A stretch of 64,000 bases of DNA, from NCBI GenBank assembly GCA_044227665.1, contig JBGAWK010000001.1, forward strand, positions 96,793 to 160,792. The letters are read 5' to 3'. The notes under the pieces are model-generated. The model was not told the DNA's origin. It saw only the letters and a list, made by a program, of their open reading frames with translations, and searched no databases. Position 1 is the stretch's first letter. Every line of letters begins with the position of its first letter. This stretch comes from Chitinophagales bacterium (lineage in GTDB: Bacteria > Bacteroidota > Bacteroidia > Chitinophagales > JADIYW01). Below, one piece after another: positions 1 to 9,886 of this stretch. The position numbers and the translations under genes are program-made.

Positions 1-840
1 CACCTGAAGCAGACGTATTAATACAAATCCAAAATATCGGTTCTTAAAATCTTCAAGATTTATATTGATTTTTTTGCCTACAAATCCAGCATATATATCG
101 AATAGCTCATCGCGGTCTTTATGGGGGATTTTGGCATTCGCCTGCCAAAGTAAGGATGCTGCGTCATATTGTAGGGCACCCTTCCTACCTCCCTGATAGT
201 CAATAAAATATGGTTTACCGTCTTTTATCATAATATTTCGTGACTGGCAATCACGAAACATGAAAAAGGTATTTTTTTCTTGTAAGAGATAATCACTAAG
301 GGTATGAAAGTCTTTGTTGAGCGCTGTCTCATTGAAGCGCACCCTTGCAGGACGGACGAAGTAATATTTAAAACTGTTCATATCCCAAAACATGGAAGAC
401 TTGTCGAAACTGCGAATAGGGTAACATCTGTTGAAGTTAAAATCCTTAGCACCATCAATCTGTAATTGCGTTAAGGATTCCAATACTTTGATATACAAGT
501 CTTTTATTTCAGGAGTAAAACCTTCTTTTTTGATAAGGTGATAAAGCGTAGTGTCGCCTATGTCCTCTTGAATATAGCATTTGCTATCTTCTGAAACAGA
601 ATATATGGCAGGTACGGGTATGTTCTTGTTGGCAAAGTGATGTGTGAATTGTATGAACGTCTCATTCTCTAAAACATCCTTATTGTATGTGCCTATGGCA
701 GAAAAACTACCTTTTAGCCTGAAATATTGTCTATCAGAGCCGGAAGCTGGGAGCGCGATGACGTCTCTTACTTCTTCTCCAAAAAAATTATTATATAGGT
801 TTTTTAGCGTTTCTATTATTTGGGAATAGTTCATAGACAT
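1..840 (-). CDS. Phosphotransferase of the APH/choline-kinase fold, AmgK (MurNAc/GlcNAc kinase)-like; its 3' end runs off the window
   Basis: Absent from the ORF track because it stays open to the window edge. My reverse-strand translation from ATG at 840 gives MSMNYSQIIETLKNLYNNFFGEE...FMFRDCQSRNIMIKDGKPYFIDYQGGRKGALQYDAASLLWQA. That is the catalytic-loop (RDxxxxN) and metal-binding (IDxQ) pattern of aminoglycoside-phosphotransferase-family kinases. Confidence 0.6.
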   Translation of the reverse strand, partial: MSMNYSQIIETLKNLYNNFFGEEVRDVIALPASGSDRQYFRLKGSFSAIGTYNKDVLENETFIQFTHHFANKNIPVPAIYSVSEDSKCYIQEDIGDTTLYHLIKKEGFTPEIKDLYIKVLESLTQLQIDGAKDFNFNRCYPIRSFDKSSMFWDMNSFKYYFVRPARVRFNETALNKDFHTLSDYLLQEKNTFFMFRDCQSRNIMIKDGKPYFIDYQGGRKGALQYDAASLLWQANAKIPHKDRDELFDIYAGFVGKKININLEDFKNRYFGFVLIRLLQV

Positions 841-858
841 TGGCAATAGTAATTTTCA

Positions 859-1860
859 TTAGTAAAGTCTGTGTTGTAACTCCCTCCATAGCACATCTTT
901 CAGCTCATCTATGCCGCGCTCTGTGATAGAGGAGAAAAACACTATGCTAATTTTTTTAGGCAATTCCTTGCGTATCAGTCCTTCCAATTCTTCATCCAAA
1001 AGGTCTGCCTTGCTGATACCCAGTACCAGCGTCTTATTTACCAGCTCATTATTATAGAGCTTCAATTCTTTTTTTAAAATCTGAAAGTCTTTTTTAATAT
1101 CAGCACTGTCCGCAGGGATAAGAAATAATAGGATTGCATTTCTTTCGATATGACGGAGAAATCTGTCACCCAAGCCCTTCCCCTTGTGTGCGCCCTGAAT
1201 AATTCCGGGGATGTCTGCCATCACAAAGGAGCGATTGTCGCGGTAATATACCATGCCTAGGTTGGGTGTGATAGTGGTAAAAGGATAGTCGGCTATTTCG
1301 GGCTTGGCAGCACTTACCACAGAGAGCAAGGTGGATTTGCCAGCATTAGGAAACCCTACGAGGCCTACATCCGCAAGAACCTTGAGTTCTAATATCTTCC
1401 ACGCTTCGCTACCTGCTTCTCCTGGCTGCGCGTAATGTGGAGCTTGATTAGTAGCACTTTTGAAATGATTGTTACCCTGTCCTCCTCGGCCTCCTTGTAA
1501 CCATATCACCTCCTGACCATCATCTAATATTTCGACTTCTTTTAATCCTGTATCTACATCTTTGGCAATGGTGCCCAAGGGAACTTCTATGATAATGTCT
1601 TTGCCAGATATGCCGCTACGCAACGCCCCTTCTCCCGACTTTCCATCTTCTGCATGAATATGTTTTCTATACTTGAGATGCAATAGTGTCCATAGCTGTT
1701 TGTTTCCCCGAAGGATGATATGACCACCCCGGCCTCCATCACCGCCATCGGGGCCGCCCTTGGGTACATATTTCTCTCTGCGAAAATGCACAGAGCCACC
1801 TCCGCCATTCCCGGAGCGCACAAATAATTTTACATAATCTACGAAATTTCCACCTTCCAC
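859..1860 (-). CDS. obg: GTPase Obg/CgtA
   Basis: 333 aa. The N-terminal glycine-rich Obg fold is present ([41 protein letters not shown]), followed by G1 GFPNAGKST and the G3/G4 motifs. Confidence 0.95.
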   Translation of the reverse strand: MEGGNFVDYVKLFVRSGNGGGGSVHFRREKYVPKGGPDGGDGGRGGHIILRGNKQLWTLLHLKYRKHIHAEDGKSGEGALRSGISGKDIIIEVPLGTIAKDVDTGLKEVEILDDGQEVIWLQGGRGGQGNNHFKSATNQAPHYAQPGEAGSEAWKILELKVLADVGLVGFPNAGKSTLLSVVSAAKPEIADYPFTTITPNLGMVYYRDNRSFVMADIPGIIQGAHKGKGLGDRFLRHIERNAILLFLIPADSADIKKDFQILKKELKLYNNELVNKTLVLGISKADLLDEELEGLIRKELPKKISIVFFSSITERGIDELKDVLWRELQHRLY

Positions 1861-1864
1861 GCCA

Positions 1865-1872
1865 CAAAGGTA
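1865..1872 (-). promoter_or_regulatory. Bacteroidota-type -7 promoter box (TAccTTTG on the minus strand) upstream of obg
   Basis: The plus strand reads caaaggta and its reverse complement is tacctttg, matching the TAnnTTTG consensus. It lies 5 nt from the ATG. Confidence 0.3.
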
Positions 1873-1916
1873 GTTATTTGGGAATGAATAAAAAGCCTAA
1901 AGAAATTTGTATTCTA

Positions 1917-2408
1917 TTATCCCACAATGAGATGGAATACAAACGTAGTGAGGTAATAAGTGATCAGTCCAATAACTATTATACCGAACAGAAATAATAC
2001 TATAAACGGCAAAAAATACCTGACTCCCCGTCCGCTATGCAGGCCAGAAGTATAATATTCTTCTGCCAAGAGGATATTGCGCTTATTGGCTTTGAAAGCA
2101 AAGTCGAAAATATATCCTACAAAAGGTATGGCACTTACTAAGCTATCCAACAATGCGTTCCACAACATTTTGCCCACCAAAGCCCCGCTAGCACCATTTT
2201 TATATAAGGCAAAAACAATGTACAATGAGATAAACACATCTACGCCCTGACCTAATCCAGGTATGAGGTTCAATAAAGGGTCGAGACCAAAAGATAATTG
2301 CGTGCCAGGGATGGTAAACTTACTGTCCATCCATATTGCTAAAGACTTTAGCCTCTTTATCTCCAACGGTAGAGGGCGGATATCTCTTGTAAGATTTTCC
2401 TCCAGCAT
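1917..2408 (-). CDS. DUF4112-family small membrane protein
   Basis: 163 aa. WMDSKFTIPGTQLSFGLDPLLNLIPGLGQGVD and IPFVGYIFDFAFKANKRN match the DUF4112 signature as I remember it. A C-terminal TM segment is present. Confidence 0.7.
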   Translation of the reverse strand: MLEENLTRDIRPLPLEIKRLKSLAIWMDSKFTIPGTQLSFGLDPLLNLIPGLGQGVDVFISLYIVFALYKNGASGALVGKMLWNALLDSLVSAIPFVGYIFDFAFKANKRNILLAEEYYTSGLHSGRGVRYFLPFIVLFLFGIIVIGLITYYLTTFVFHLIVG

Positions 2409-2412
2409 ATTC

Positions 2413-2871
2413 TTAATAGTTTATCATACTGAGTTGGGCCAAATCCGACTCTGTATAACCTGCACCTACACCTATGATACCACCAGAAGTAGTAGCAATA
2501 CCCATGGCTAGGCTTCTAAGATTTTTTACAATAGCAGTAGCTAGTTTCTGATCTAATAAGGGCAAAATATCGTTGATTTTTGAAATTTCTTCGGCGATAA
2601 AATTTATTCGTTGTTCTTCCTCTAGGTTTCTGCATTTATCCTCATATATGGCTAAGTCTCTATCCAATTGTTTTTCTACTTGTGAGAAGAAATCAAATAG
2701 TAATGGATCTCCAATAGACTGACGAAAATGTACCGCCCTCTTGGCACGCTGTTCTTCATTGCTATCCATGTCGCCATCGGCAACGCCTATCAATACACTT
2801 ACCAATGCTGGCATTCTGAATAAAACTTCTTGATGCTCCTGTGCTAATTCCTGAATATTGAAAACTCCCAT
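2413..2871 (-). CDS. Hypothetical protein with a weak TerB-like acidic helical motif
   Basis: 152-aa ORF in a compact same-strand run with the two downstream genes. The motif LIGVADGDMDSNEEQRAKRA resembles TerB-type helices. No firm family assignment. Confidence 0.4.
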   Translation of the reverse strand: MGVFNIQELAQEHQEVLFRMPALVSVLIGVADGDMDSNEEQRAKRAVHFRQSIGDPLLFDFFSQVEKQLDRDLAIYEDKCRNLEEEQRINFIAEEISKINDILPLLDQKLATAIVKNLRSLAMGIATTSGGIIGVGAGYTESDLAQLSMINY

Positions 2872-2893
2872 AGTAAATAAAATATCTTTACTA

Positions 2894-2901
2894 CAAAGAT
2901 A
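2894..2901 (-). promoter_or_regulatory. -7 promoter box (TAtcTTTG on the minus strand)
   Basis: The plus strand reads caaagata, 23 nt upstream of the ATG at 2871. Confidence 0.35.
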
Positions 2902-2955
2902 ATGTAGTAAATAATGGTTTTAAGAAAACAAATGTTTAATTTTTTAGAAATATAA

Positions 2956-4263
2956 TTAAAAAACCTTTATAAAGTCCTGAACATAAATAGAGGTAGTAGA
3001 GGCGAGTTTTATTGTATAACATCCTGCTGCCAAGCTACTTACGTCCATAGAATAATGCTCGGCATTCACAAGATGTTCCTTTTTATCAAAAACAATATTT
3101 CCCGCCACATCTATGAGTTGTAGATGAAATTCTAAAACATTATTAGGGATAGTGATGAAAAGATGATCTGTTGCGGGATAGGGATAAACAGGTAGGAGAC
3201 TATAAGTAGTTTCTTTTACTGGGGTAGTGGTGCTTTTGGTATGATATACATTAACGAGTCGGAACTGTCCGTCTTTCCATTCTTTGTTGGCATCTGTCTC
3301 TACGACCTTACAAATATTGTAGCCGCCGTATGTGCTAAAAATATAATCCTCAAATCTATGTATATGCCCCGACATCCATAAAGCAATTTTGTCTCTAAAT
3401 GGAAATACCCCTTTGCTAAGTTTGTCATTTTCTATAGGATCAAATCCATTGACTATAGTAAAAAAATCCTTTGATACGGGATGATGTGATGTGATAAAGA
3501 TGTTTTTTCTATCATAATCGGGTAGCACAGAAAGGGTGTGTACCAACCACGGGAAAGTGCCTTGGTCAAAGTCCATAAGGCGTGCTGCGGCACTGATTCC
3601 TGGCTCAGCGATAATTACGTGTACCCTAGGGTTGAAATCTAAGAACACATAATAGTCCCCTTGATATGCATACCAAAAATTATAGAAATAATGACTTCGT
3701 CGTGATTCCGGATTATACGTTAATTGAGTTCTTGTAGTATCATTCTTTTCTGAAAAAAAGGAGGATAAGGTGTCAAAAGTACTGGAAAATACTTCATTCA
3801 TCACAGAGTCTCCATTGGCGGCGTATGCTTCCTCGCCATAGCGTACATAAGGCCACGCATCATGATTTCCTATCAGGGGGATGTAGGGAATTTCCAAAAG
3901 ATCCAGAATCTCTTTTGCTTTTTCGAATTCAGAACGTTCTCCGCTATCGGTAATATCTCCAGAAACAATCACAAAGCGTATATTTTTTTCTATGTGGTGA
4001 GCATTTATCCAAAGTACAGATTTTAGCAGCCTTTCAGCACTCCACCCACCACCGCCAGAGGGTGCTGTATCATCCATAAATCCGGGACGCCCATAGTCTC
4101 CTTCTCCTTCCCCTACATGTATGTCTGTAATTTGTATGAAAGAATAGGCATATTCCGCCCCCGGCAAACTTTTGTTTACATCTGTAGCAAGAAAAAAAGG
4201 CTCTCCACAATAAATATACGTCGAATACAGAAGCAGTATAAAAACTATAGATAAAACTTTCAT
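2956..4263 (-). CDS. Secreted calcineurin-like metallophosphoesterase with a T9SS type-A C-terminal sorting domain
   Basis: Metallophosphoesterase motifs are present: ITDIHVGEG, SGDITDSG, GNHD, SHHP, GHIH. The C-terminal ~80 aa (YPYPATDHLFITIP...LQLIDVAGNIVF...GCYTIKL...FIKVF) look like a Por_Secre_tail domain. The ORF extends to 4338, but MKVLSIVFILLLYSTYIYCG from ATG 4263 is the plausible signal peptide. Confidence 0.8.
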   Translation of the reverse strand: MKVLSIVFILLLYSTYIYCGEPFFLATDVNKSLPGAEYAYSFIQITDIHVGEGEGDYGRPGFMDDTAPSGGGGWSAERLLKSVLWINAHHIEKNIRFVIVSGDITDSGERSEFEKAKEILDLLEIPYIPLIGNHDAWPYVRYGEEAYAANGDSVMNEVFSSTFDTLSSFFSEKNDTTRTQLTYNPESRRSHYFYNFWYAYQGDYYVFLDFNPRVHVIIAEPGISAAARLMDFDQGTFPWLVHTLSVLPDYDRKNIFITSHHPVSKDFFTIVNGFDPIENDKLSKGVFPFRDKIALWMSGHIHRFEDYIFSTYGGYNICKVVETDANKEWKDGQFRLVNVYHTKSTTTPVKETTYSLLPVYPYPATDHLFITIPNNVLEFHLQLIDVAGNIVFDKKEHLVNAEHYSMDVSSLAAGCYTIKLASTTSIYVQDFIKVF

Positions 4264-4382
4264 TCTTACAATATTACTGCTAAAATCAATAATATTATAA
4301 CATAACGATAAAAGCATATATCCACAAATAATGGACATGCAATGTATTTTCGCAGATTAATTCAAATTTTTAGTAAGTCATT

Positions 4383-5381
4383 ATGATTCAGACGGATATA
4401 TGTATTATAGGCGCAGGACCGGTGGGTTTGTTCGCTGTATTTGAAGCGGGACTGTTGAAGATGCGATGCCATCTTGTGGACTATCTGCCACAGGTAGGGG
4501 GACAGCTTTCTGAAATATATCCCAAAAAGCCTATTTATGACATCCCCGGATTCCCGGTAGTCATGGCGCAAGAGCTGATAGACAATCTTATAGAACAGGG
4601 CAAGCCTTTCCATCCCACATTTACCCTGGGGGAGCGCATAGAATCCGTAGCTAAAACAGACACTGGGTTTATGCTCTTGACGCATAAAGGAACAGAAATT
4701 GCTGCCAAAGTAGTATGTATTGCAGGCGGTCTTGGGTGCTTTGAGCCACGTAAGCCCGAGATACCAAGTCTGTCTTCCTATGAAGATAAAGGGGTAGCCT
4801 ACATGGTATTAGATCCCGAAAAATTTAGAAATAAGAAAGTAGTCATAGCTGGTGGAGGGGACTCAGCACTAGACTGGGCTATTTTTCTTGCAGACCTAGC
4901 GGCAGAACTTCATTTAGTGCATAGAGGGGAAATGTTTCGGGGTGCGCCAGATTCAGCAGAAAAGGTGAAAAATTTACATGAGCAAGGCAGGCTTACCTTG
5001 CATCTAAATTCTAACGTTACAGCAATAAATGGAGATGGCAAAGTAGAGCAAGTTACCATATCTCATAAAGAGGGCAGCTCTATAGACATTGCCACAGATG
5101 ATTTTTTGCCCTTATTTGGACTCAGCCCCAAGTTGGGACCTTTAGCAAACTGGGGACTTAATCTCGAAAAAAATGCCATCCTCGTTAATACGGTAGATTA
5201 TTCTACCAATGTTGCTGGAATTTTTGCCATAGGGGATATCAATCAATACGAAGGAAAATTAAAATTGATACTTTGTGGTTTCCACGAGGCGGCACTTATG
5301 GCGCAGAGCGCGTATGAGATAGTAAATAATAAGAAAGCGAGTCTAAAATATACCACCGTAAACGGAATTCAAGAGTTCTAA
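4383..5381 (+). CDS. Ferredoxin-NADP+ reductase, thioredoxin-reductase-like type (YumC-like)
   Basis: 332 aa. It has an N-terminal FAD GxGxxG (IIGAGPVGLFA), a second dinucleotide site (IAGGGDSALDWA), and the conserved YPKKPIYDIPGFP stretch typical of TrxR-type FNRs. Confidence 0.8.
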   Translation: MIQTDICIIGAGPVGLFAVFEAGLLKMRCHLVDYLPQVGGQLSEIYPKKPIYDIPGFPVVMAQELIDNLIEQGKPFHPTFTLGERIESVAKTDTGFMLLTHKGTEIAAKVVCIAGGLGCFEPRKPEIPSLSSYEDKGVAYMVLDPEKFRNKKVVIAGGGDSALDWAIFLADLAAELHLVHRGEMFRGAPDSAEKVKNLHEQGRLTLHLNSNVTAINGDGKVEQVTISHKEGSSIDIATDDFLPLFGLSPKLGPLANWGLNLEKNAILVNTVDYSTNVAGIFAIGDINQYEGKLKLILCGFHEAALMAQSAYEIVNNKKASLKYTTVNGIQEF

Positions 5382-5383
5382 AA

Positions 5384-5719
5384 ATGGACAGCATAAAAAT
5401 TTATATCCAAAAACCAGACCTTACCTTTGACACCTTAGATATACCACTGGGGATAGACCTGAGCCTCATGGAAATTCTAAAAGGAGAAGGCTATGATATA
5501 GAAGCCACCTGTGGCGGCATGGCATTATGTGCTACCTGTAGAGTACAGGTTTTGAATGCAGCGGAACTGAACATCCGTAGTGCCTGTGATGACGAATTGG
5601 CTATGCTGGAGAGCCTGCCCTGCTATACGGGCAATTGCAGACTTTCGTGCCAAATCAGGATAGCAGAAGAAATAGATGGCTTAATGATAAAATTTCCTGA
5701 AGAGTCCTTCGTCTTTTAA
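5384..5719 (+). CDS. 2Fe-2S ferredoxin (adrenodoxin/putidaredoxin-like)
   Basis: 111 aa. Cluster ligand pattern CGGMALCATCRV ... LSCQI. It starts 3 nt after the FNR stop. Confidence 0.8.
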   Translation: MDSIKIYIQKPDLTFDTLDIPLGIDLSLMEILKGEGYDIEATCGGMALCATCRVQVLNAAELNIRSACDDELAMLESLPCYTGNCRLSCQIRIAEEIDGLMIKFPEESFVF

Positions 5720-5733
5720 TTTTTTTTATCTTT

Positions 5734-6837
5734 ATGATAAGAAAAAAAAATATGGAAGACCCAATAGTGGACGACTTAGCGTTCTCGTTGCCCGACAAGC
5801 AGAAAATAAAGCTGATTAGAGAAGAAGTAACGCTATCCGCTAAAGAAATCAAGCAGAAATATCCGCTCTTACAGCATCAAAATGCTATAGGCATGGGTAT
5901 AATGTTGTTTGCTGTGGCAATGATAGTCATACTGTCGTATTTCTATTGGCTGGGAAAGATTTCAGCATGGGTACTCATCCCTTGGAATGCTTTTTGGATG
6001 GCCATATTACATGAATTAGAACACGATACGATACATTATATGTATTTTAAAAGGAATAAAGCCATACAAGATTTTATTCTCCTTACCGTATGGCTGTTTC
6101 GCCCTACCACAATAAATCCTTGGTTTCGCAGACATTTACACTTCAATCACCACAGAGTATCTGGTACTAGAGCGGACATTGAAGAGCGGTCGGTGACAAA
6201 TGGAGAGCCGTGGTCTCTGAAAAGACTTATCTCTACGCCCGACCTTATAGTAGGGGGAATATTGAGGATGGCAACATTGAAGAAAGATATAATCGAAATG
6301 GTGAAAAGCGGTCAGATGACTAGAGAAGAAGCTCTGCGCCTAAAAAAACAAAATGCTCTAGGCTTTTTGCCTTTTGGAATTTTTATATACCTTATTTGGT
6401 ATGTCTTCCTTGCCCATTATGCCATACAGGGTGTGACTTCATGGATGCACATCCCCTATACTTCTCCCGATTGGATACAAGCGCAGTTTACATGGATAAA
6501 TCCCTTGGCAGCTATTTTAATTGCACCTAATATGTTGCGTCAATTTTGCTTACATTTCATCACTTCCAATATGCATTACTATGGCGATGTAGAGTCAGGA
6601 AATATCATGCAGCAGACACAGATACTCAATGTATGGTGGTTGCTACCACTCCAATTATTTTGCTTCAACTTTGGAAGTACTCATGCCATACATCATTTTG
6701 TAGTAGGAGAGACTTTCTATATACGCCAACTTACCGTTGCCCGTGCGCATCGCATCATGCGGGATATGGGTGTAAGATTCAATGATATCCAGACTTTTAT
6801 TAGAGCCAATAGATGGACTGTGACATATAGGCACTAA
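5734..6837 (+). CDS. Membrane fatty-acid-desaturase-family di-iron oxygenase
   Basis: 367 aa with three His boxes (HELEHD, HFNHHR, HAIHHF) separated by hydrophobic segments. An alternative start exists at 5752 (MEDPIV) after an A9 run. Confidence 0.7.
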   Translation: MIRKKNMEDPIVDDLAFSLPDKQKIKLIREEVTLSAKEIKQKYPLLQHQNAIGMGIMLFAVAMIVILSYFYWLGKISAWVLIPWNAFWMAILHELEHDTIHYMYFKRNKAIQDFILLTVWLFRPTTINPWFRRHLHFNHHRVSGTRADIEERSVTNGEPWSLKRLISTPDLIVGGILRMATLKKDIIEMVKSGQMTREEALRLKKQNALGFLPFGIFIYLIWYVFLAHYAIQGVTSWMHIPYTSPDWIQAQFTWINPLAAILIAPNMLRQFCLHFITSNMHYYGDVESGNIMQQTQILNVWWLLPLQLFCFNFGSTHAIHHFVVGETFYIRQLTVARAHRIMRDMGVRFNDIQTFIRANRWTVTYRH

Positions 6838-6967
6838 CGCCTAAAGATAAAAAGCACAGCGACTAGCATGTGGGATATAAGCCATTTATACGGACATATA
6901 GTTAAAAATTTTATAAATAAACAACAAACTATGAGTTGTTTCGTATAAATAGTAAACAACAAAACCA

Positions 6968-7888
6968 ATGAAAACCAAAATTATCGTATTGACATCTATA
7001 GCAATATTGGGGTGTCAAAAATTCGAGTCAGCAGAAGTAGGCGCATCGAATGAGAAATCAACAGCAGCAACGGAGGCGGCAATGGGTGATGCGTCGCCGA
7101 GTGCAGGCTATCAGAATTTTTATAATGAATATATTGGGAAAGACAATGGAGATACTACGGACTATCTCGATAAGAAAAAGCTGATAAAAAGAGCCAATAT
7201 TTCTGGTAGCGTTCGAGATGCCCACCGCGCTGTGAAAGAGGCCGAACTCATAGCAGAACGATATAGAGGTATCATCACAAAGTCAGAGACGAATGCTTCC
7301 ACGTATAAGGATAAAAAAATTGTCATTAATGCCGATTCTGTGTTACACGTCTTTTCCGCCTCTGCTACGGGCCTTGTGACCATGCGAGTGCCACATACTG
7401 CTTTGTTGGCAGTATTAGGAGCGCTGGATAGTGCATATACACAGGTAGAAATACGCAATATTACTACCGACGATGTTACTGCTCAATATATAGAGAATCA
7501 ATTGCGAGCCAATAGCGCACAAAGACGCACCAAAAGACTGGAAGGCTCTGCTGCTGTGGATAGCGAAAATAATTCTGTAGATGCAGAAAGATTTGCTGCT
7601 GAGCAGGAAGAGCAATACATCACGCACAAAATGGGGCAGTTCCGCCTCGAAGACGATATTCGCTACAGTGAGATAAACTGCACCTTTTATCAGGCAGAAA
7701 AAGTATTTAAGGAAAAGTTGCCAAATGCATCGCTGTCAAAGTATAATGTAAATATTCTATATAGAATCTGGAATAATGTGCTTACATCAGGAAGGTGGCT
7801 GCTTAATATCTTTACCTATCTATTTTATCTGTGGCCTGTAATACTGATTGGAGGTATATTGTATTACTATTTCAATAGAAAATCCTAA
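6968..7888 (+). CDS. DUF4349-like lipoprotein with a C-terminal membrane anchor
   Basis: 306 aa. Lipobox-like N-terminus (LTSIAILGC), central LVTMRVPHTALLAVLGALDS...DVTAQYIENQLRANSAQRR, and a C-terminal TM. Confidence 0.55.
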   Translation: MKTKIIVLTSIAILGCQKFESAEVGASNEKSTAATEAAMGDASPSAGYQNFYNEYIGKDNGDTTDYLDKKKLIKRANISGSVRDAHRAVKEAELIAERYRGIITKSETNASTYKDKKIVINADSVLHVFSASATGLVTMRVPHTALLAVLGALDSAYTQVEIRNITTDDVTAQYIENQLRANSAQRRTKRLEGSAAVDSENNSVDAERFAAEQEEQYITHKMGQFRLEDDIRYSEINCTFYQAEKVFKEKLPNASLSKYNVNILYRIWNNVLTSGRWLLNIFTYLFYLWPVILIGGILYYYFNRKS

Positions 7889-7906
7889 ATCTTAAAAAAG
7901 TATGTT

Positions 7907-7943
7907 TAGAGGCGGTAATAAAGATACCGCCTCTATTGTTTTT
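7907..7943 (+). terminator. Rho-independent terminator
   Basis: An 11-bp perfect stem, tagaggcggta (7907-7917) / taccgcctcta (7925-7935), with a 7-nt loop, followed by ttgttttt. Confidence 0.8.
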
Positions 7944-7994
7944 GCTCACTCTGTTTTTCGAAAATTATTATCCTATTACTATATAATAATCCTT

Positions 7995-8002
7995 TATATT
8001 TG
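7995..8002 (+). promoter_or_regulatory. -7 promoter box TAtaTTTG
   Basis: tatatttg lies 17 nt upstream of the ATG at 8019. Confidence 0.4.
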
Positions 8003-8018
8003 CTTAACATAGTTATAT

Positions 8019-9275
8019 ATGGAAGATTTTAAAGGATTATTGGGCATCATCGTCATTTTAGGCATTGCCTATTTAGCTTCAAATAATAGAAAAGCTGTAA
8101 ATTATAGACTTGTAGTAAGCGGCTTAATATTGCAAGTCGTTATAGCGGTATTGATACTAAAGGTAGAACCCGTAAAGAACTTTTTCCAGTGGTTGGGCAA
8201 GATTATGACGCATATTGAATCCTTTGCCCATGAAGGTGCCGCCTTCGTATATGGAGGGCTTATGACCGACAACTATGCAGGAGGCAGCGTATCTTATGGC
8301 ACACAGGGTGTTTTTGTCTTTGGCTTTAGTGTGCTGGCCACAATTATTTTGGTATGTGTACTCGTAGCAGTACTTTACCATTTCGGCATCATGCAATTTA
8401 TAGTATCTATAATTGCCAAGGCGATGAACTTTATCATGCGCGTATCAGGGGCAGAAGCGCTAAGCAATGTTGCAAGTGCTTTTGTGGGACAGGTGGAAGC
8501 ACAGGTGATGATTCGCCCCTACCTAGCCACCATGACCCGTAGTGAGCTTTTGGCTAGCATGTCGGGAAGTTTGGCATGTATAGCCGGAGGGATATTGGTG
8601 ATATATGTAAGCTTTGGCGCTAAGGCGGAATATCTCCTTGCGGCTAGCCTTATGGCAGCACCAGGTGCATTGGTGATATCTAAGATAGTGTTTCCAGAGA
8701 CGGAGGAGAGCCAGACTATGGGCAATGTGAAGTTGGAGGTGAAAACGCCGTATAGCAATATCATAGATGCTATAAGTCACGGAGCTTCTGACGGTATGAA
8801 GATTTCTGTAAACGTTATAGCTATGCTTATAGGGTTTATTTCCCTTATTGCATTGGTAAATTATATGCTAGGGAAAGTGGGGGTGTTAGCAAATTTAGAT
8901 TTTGTACTTTCTTTGGACTGGATTTTTGGTAAAATATTTTATCCTATAGCGTGGTGTATGGGTGTTCCCAATCAGGATGTAAATACCGTGGCCACTTTGA
9001 TGGGGCAGAAATTATCTATAAACGAGTTTGTAGCCTTCATGAACATGACCAAAGGAACTTTGATGCCTGTTACAGAAAAGGGACTGCTTATTGCTAGCAT
9101 TGCTATTTGCGGATTTGCTAATTTCTCCTCCGTAGGTATGCAGATAGGCGGTATAGGAGAATTGGCTCCTACACGTCGTGCCGACTTAGCTAAGCTAGGA
9201 ATGAAGGCCTTGCTATGTGGTACGCTGGCATCATACCTATCTGCAACATTGGCAGGGCTGCTCATGAATATTTAA
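8019..9275 (+). CDS. NupC/NupG-family concentrative nucleoside transporter
   Basis: 418 aa and polytopic. The N-terminus (LLGIIVILGIAYLASNNRKAVNYRLV) and C-terminal region (ICGFANFSSVGMQIGGIG) are typical of CNT transporters. Confidence 0.85.
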   Translation: MEDFKGLLGIIVILGIAYLASNNRKAVNYRLVVSGLILQVVIAVLILKVEPVKNFFQWLGKIMTHIESFAHEGAAFVYGGLMTDNYAGGSVSYGTQGVFVFGFSVLATIILVCVLVAVLYHFGIMQFIVSIIAKAMNFIMRVSGAEALSNVASAFVGQVEAQVMIRPYLATMTRSELLASMSGSLACIAGGILVIYVSFGAKAEYLLAASLMAAPGALVISKIVFPETEESQTMGNVKLEVKTPYSNIIDAISHGASDGMKISVNVIAMLIGFISLIALVNYMLGKVGVLANLDFVLSLDWIFGKIFYPIAWCMGVPNQDVNTVATLMGQKLSINEFVAFMNMTKGTLMPVTEKGLLIASIAICGFANFSSVGMQIGGIGELAPTRRADLAKLGMKALLCGTLASYLSATLAGLLMNI

Positions 9276-9341
9276 AAATATAATTTGTAATATATTTTAT
9301 AAAAAAAGTATATTTTTATCCGAATATCAGTAGAAACGATA

Positions 9342-9875
9342 GTGAAAAAGAAACTTTATTTATATGCTTCTGTACTATCCATAGTACTATGTGTAGTAGC
9401 ATATATGCTGCCTTCTAAAGTCTCTTTTACTCTCACACAGATAATAAATTATCCTGAAGAAGAGATTTTTGCGCAGCTCTCAAGTTTCAGAAACTGGCAG
9501 AATTGGGCTTTTTGGTATGATATGGACTCAGACCTTCAATCCAACTACAATTATAAAGATAGTAAATACAGTTATAGCTTTATAAGTGTAGAAGATGATC
9601 TTGGGGAAGGCATTCTTACTTATAAGAATACAGAGCCACCTACACATATTGTGGTAGATTTTAAATCTACCGATTGGGGTTTTCATATAGCGGATTTTAG
9701 GCTTAAAAAGATTTCTAGGGATAAAACACAACTCACCCTGAATGTTGAGCGTATAACTATAAATTTTATGGAAAAATTGGCTACCTATGTATTCTTTTTC
9801 AAGGATTTGCGCCCTCAATATCGGAAGTCTCTAACAAAGCTACATAAGTATTTGGAACGAAAAAAAGATGAGTAA
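9342..9875 (+). CDS. Membrane-anchored SRPBCC-like hypothetical protein
   Basis: 177 aa with a GTG start and an N-terminal TM. The motif FRNWQNWAFW is reminiscent of SRPBCC/polyketide-cyclase-like proteins. Confidence 0.4.
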   Translation: MKKKLYLYASVLSIVLCVVAYMLPSKVSFTLTQIINYPEEEIFAQLSSFRNWQNWAFWYDMDSDLQSNYNYKDSKYSYSFISVEDDLGEGILTYKNTEPPTHIVVDFKSTDWGFHIADFRLKKISRDKTQLTLNVERITINFMEKLATYVFFFKDLRPQYRKSLTKLHKYLERKKDE

Positions 9876-9886
9876 CAGACGGTTTA

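Noticed and set aside
644-829. 61-aa plus-strand ORF at the left end
   Set aside because: It lies entirely inside the reverse-strand phosphotransferase gene, which translates into recognisable kinase motifs.
4362-4685. 107-aa minus-strand ORF overlapping the FNR gene start
   Set aside because: It overlaps the well-supported FNR frame, including its FAD-binding GxGxxG, and shows no features of its own.
5741-5750. A9 homopolymer at the 5' end of the desaturase ORF as a phase-variation switch
   Set aside because: A second in-frame ATG at 5752 lies just downstream, so the run may simply be untranslated leader. A single 9-nt A tract in an AT-rich genome is weak evidence.
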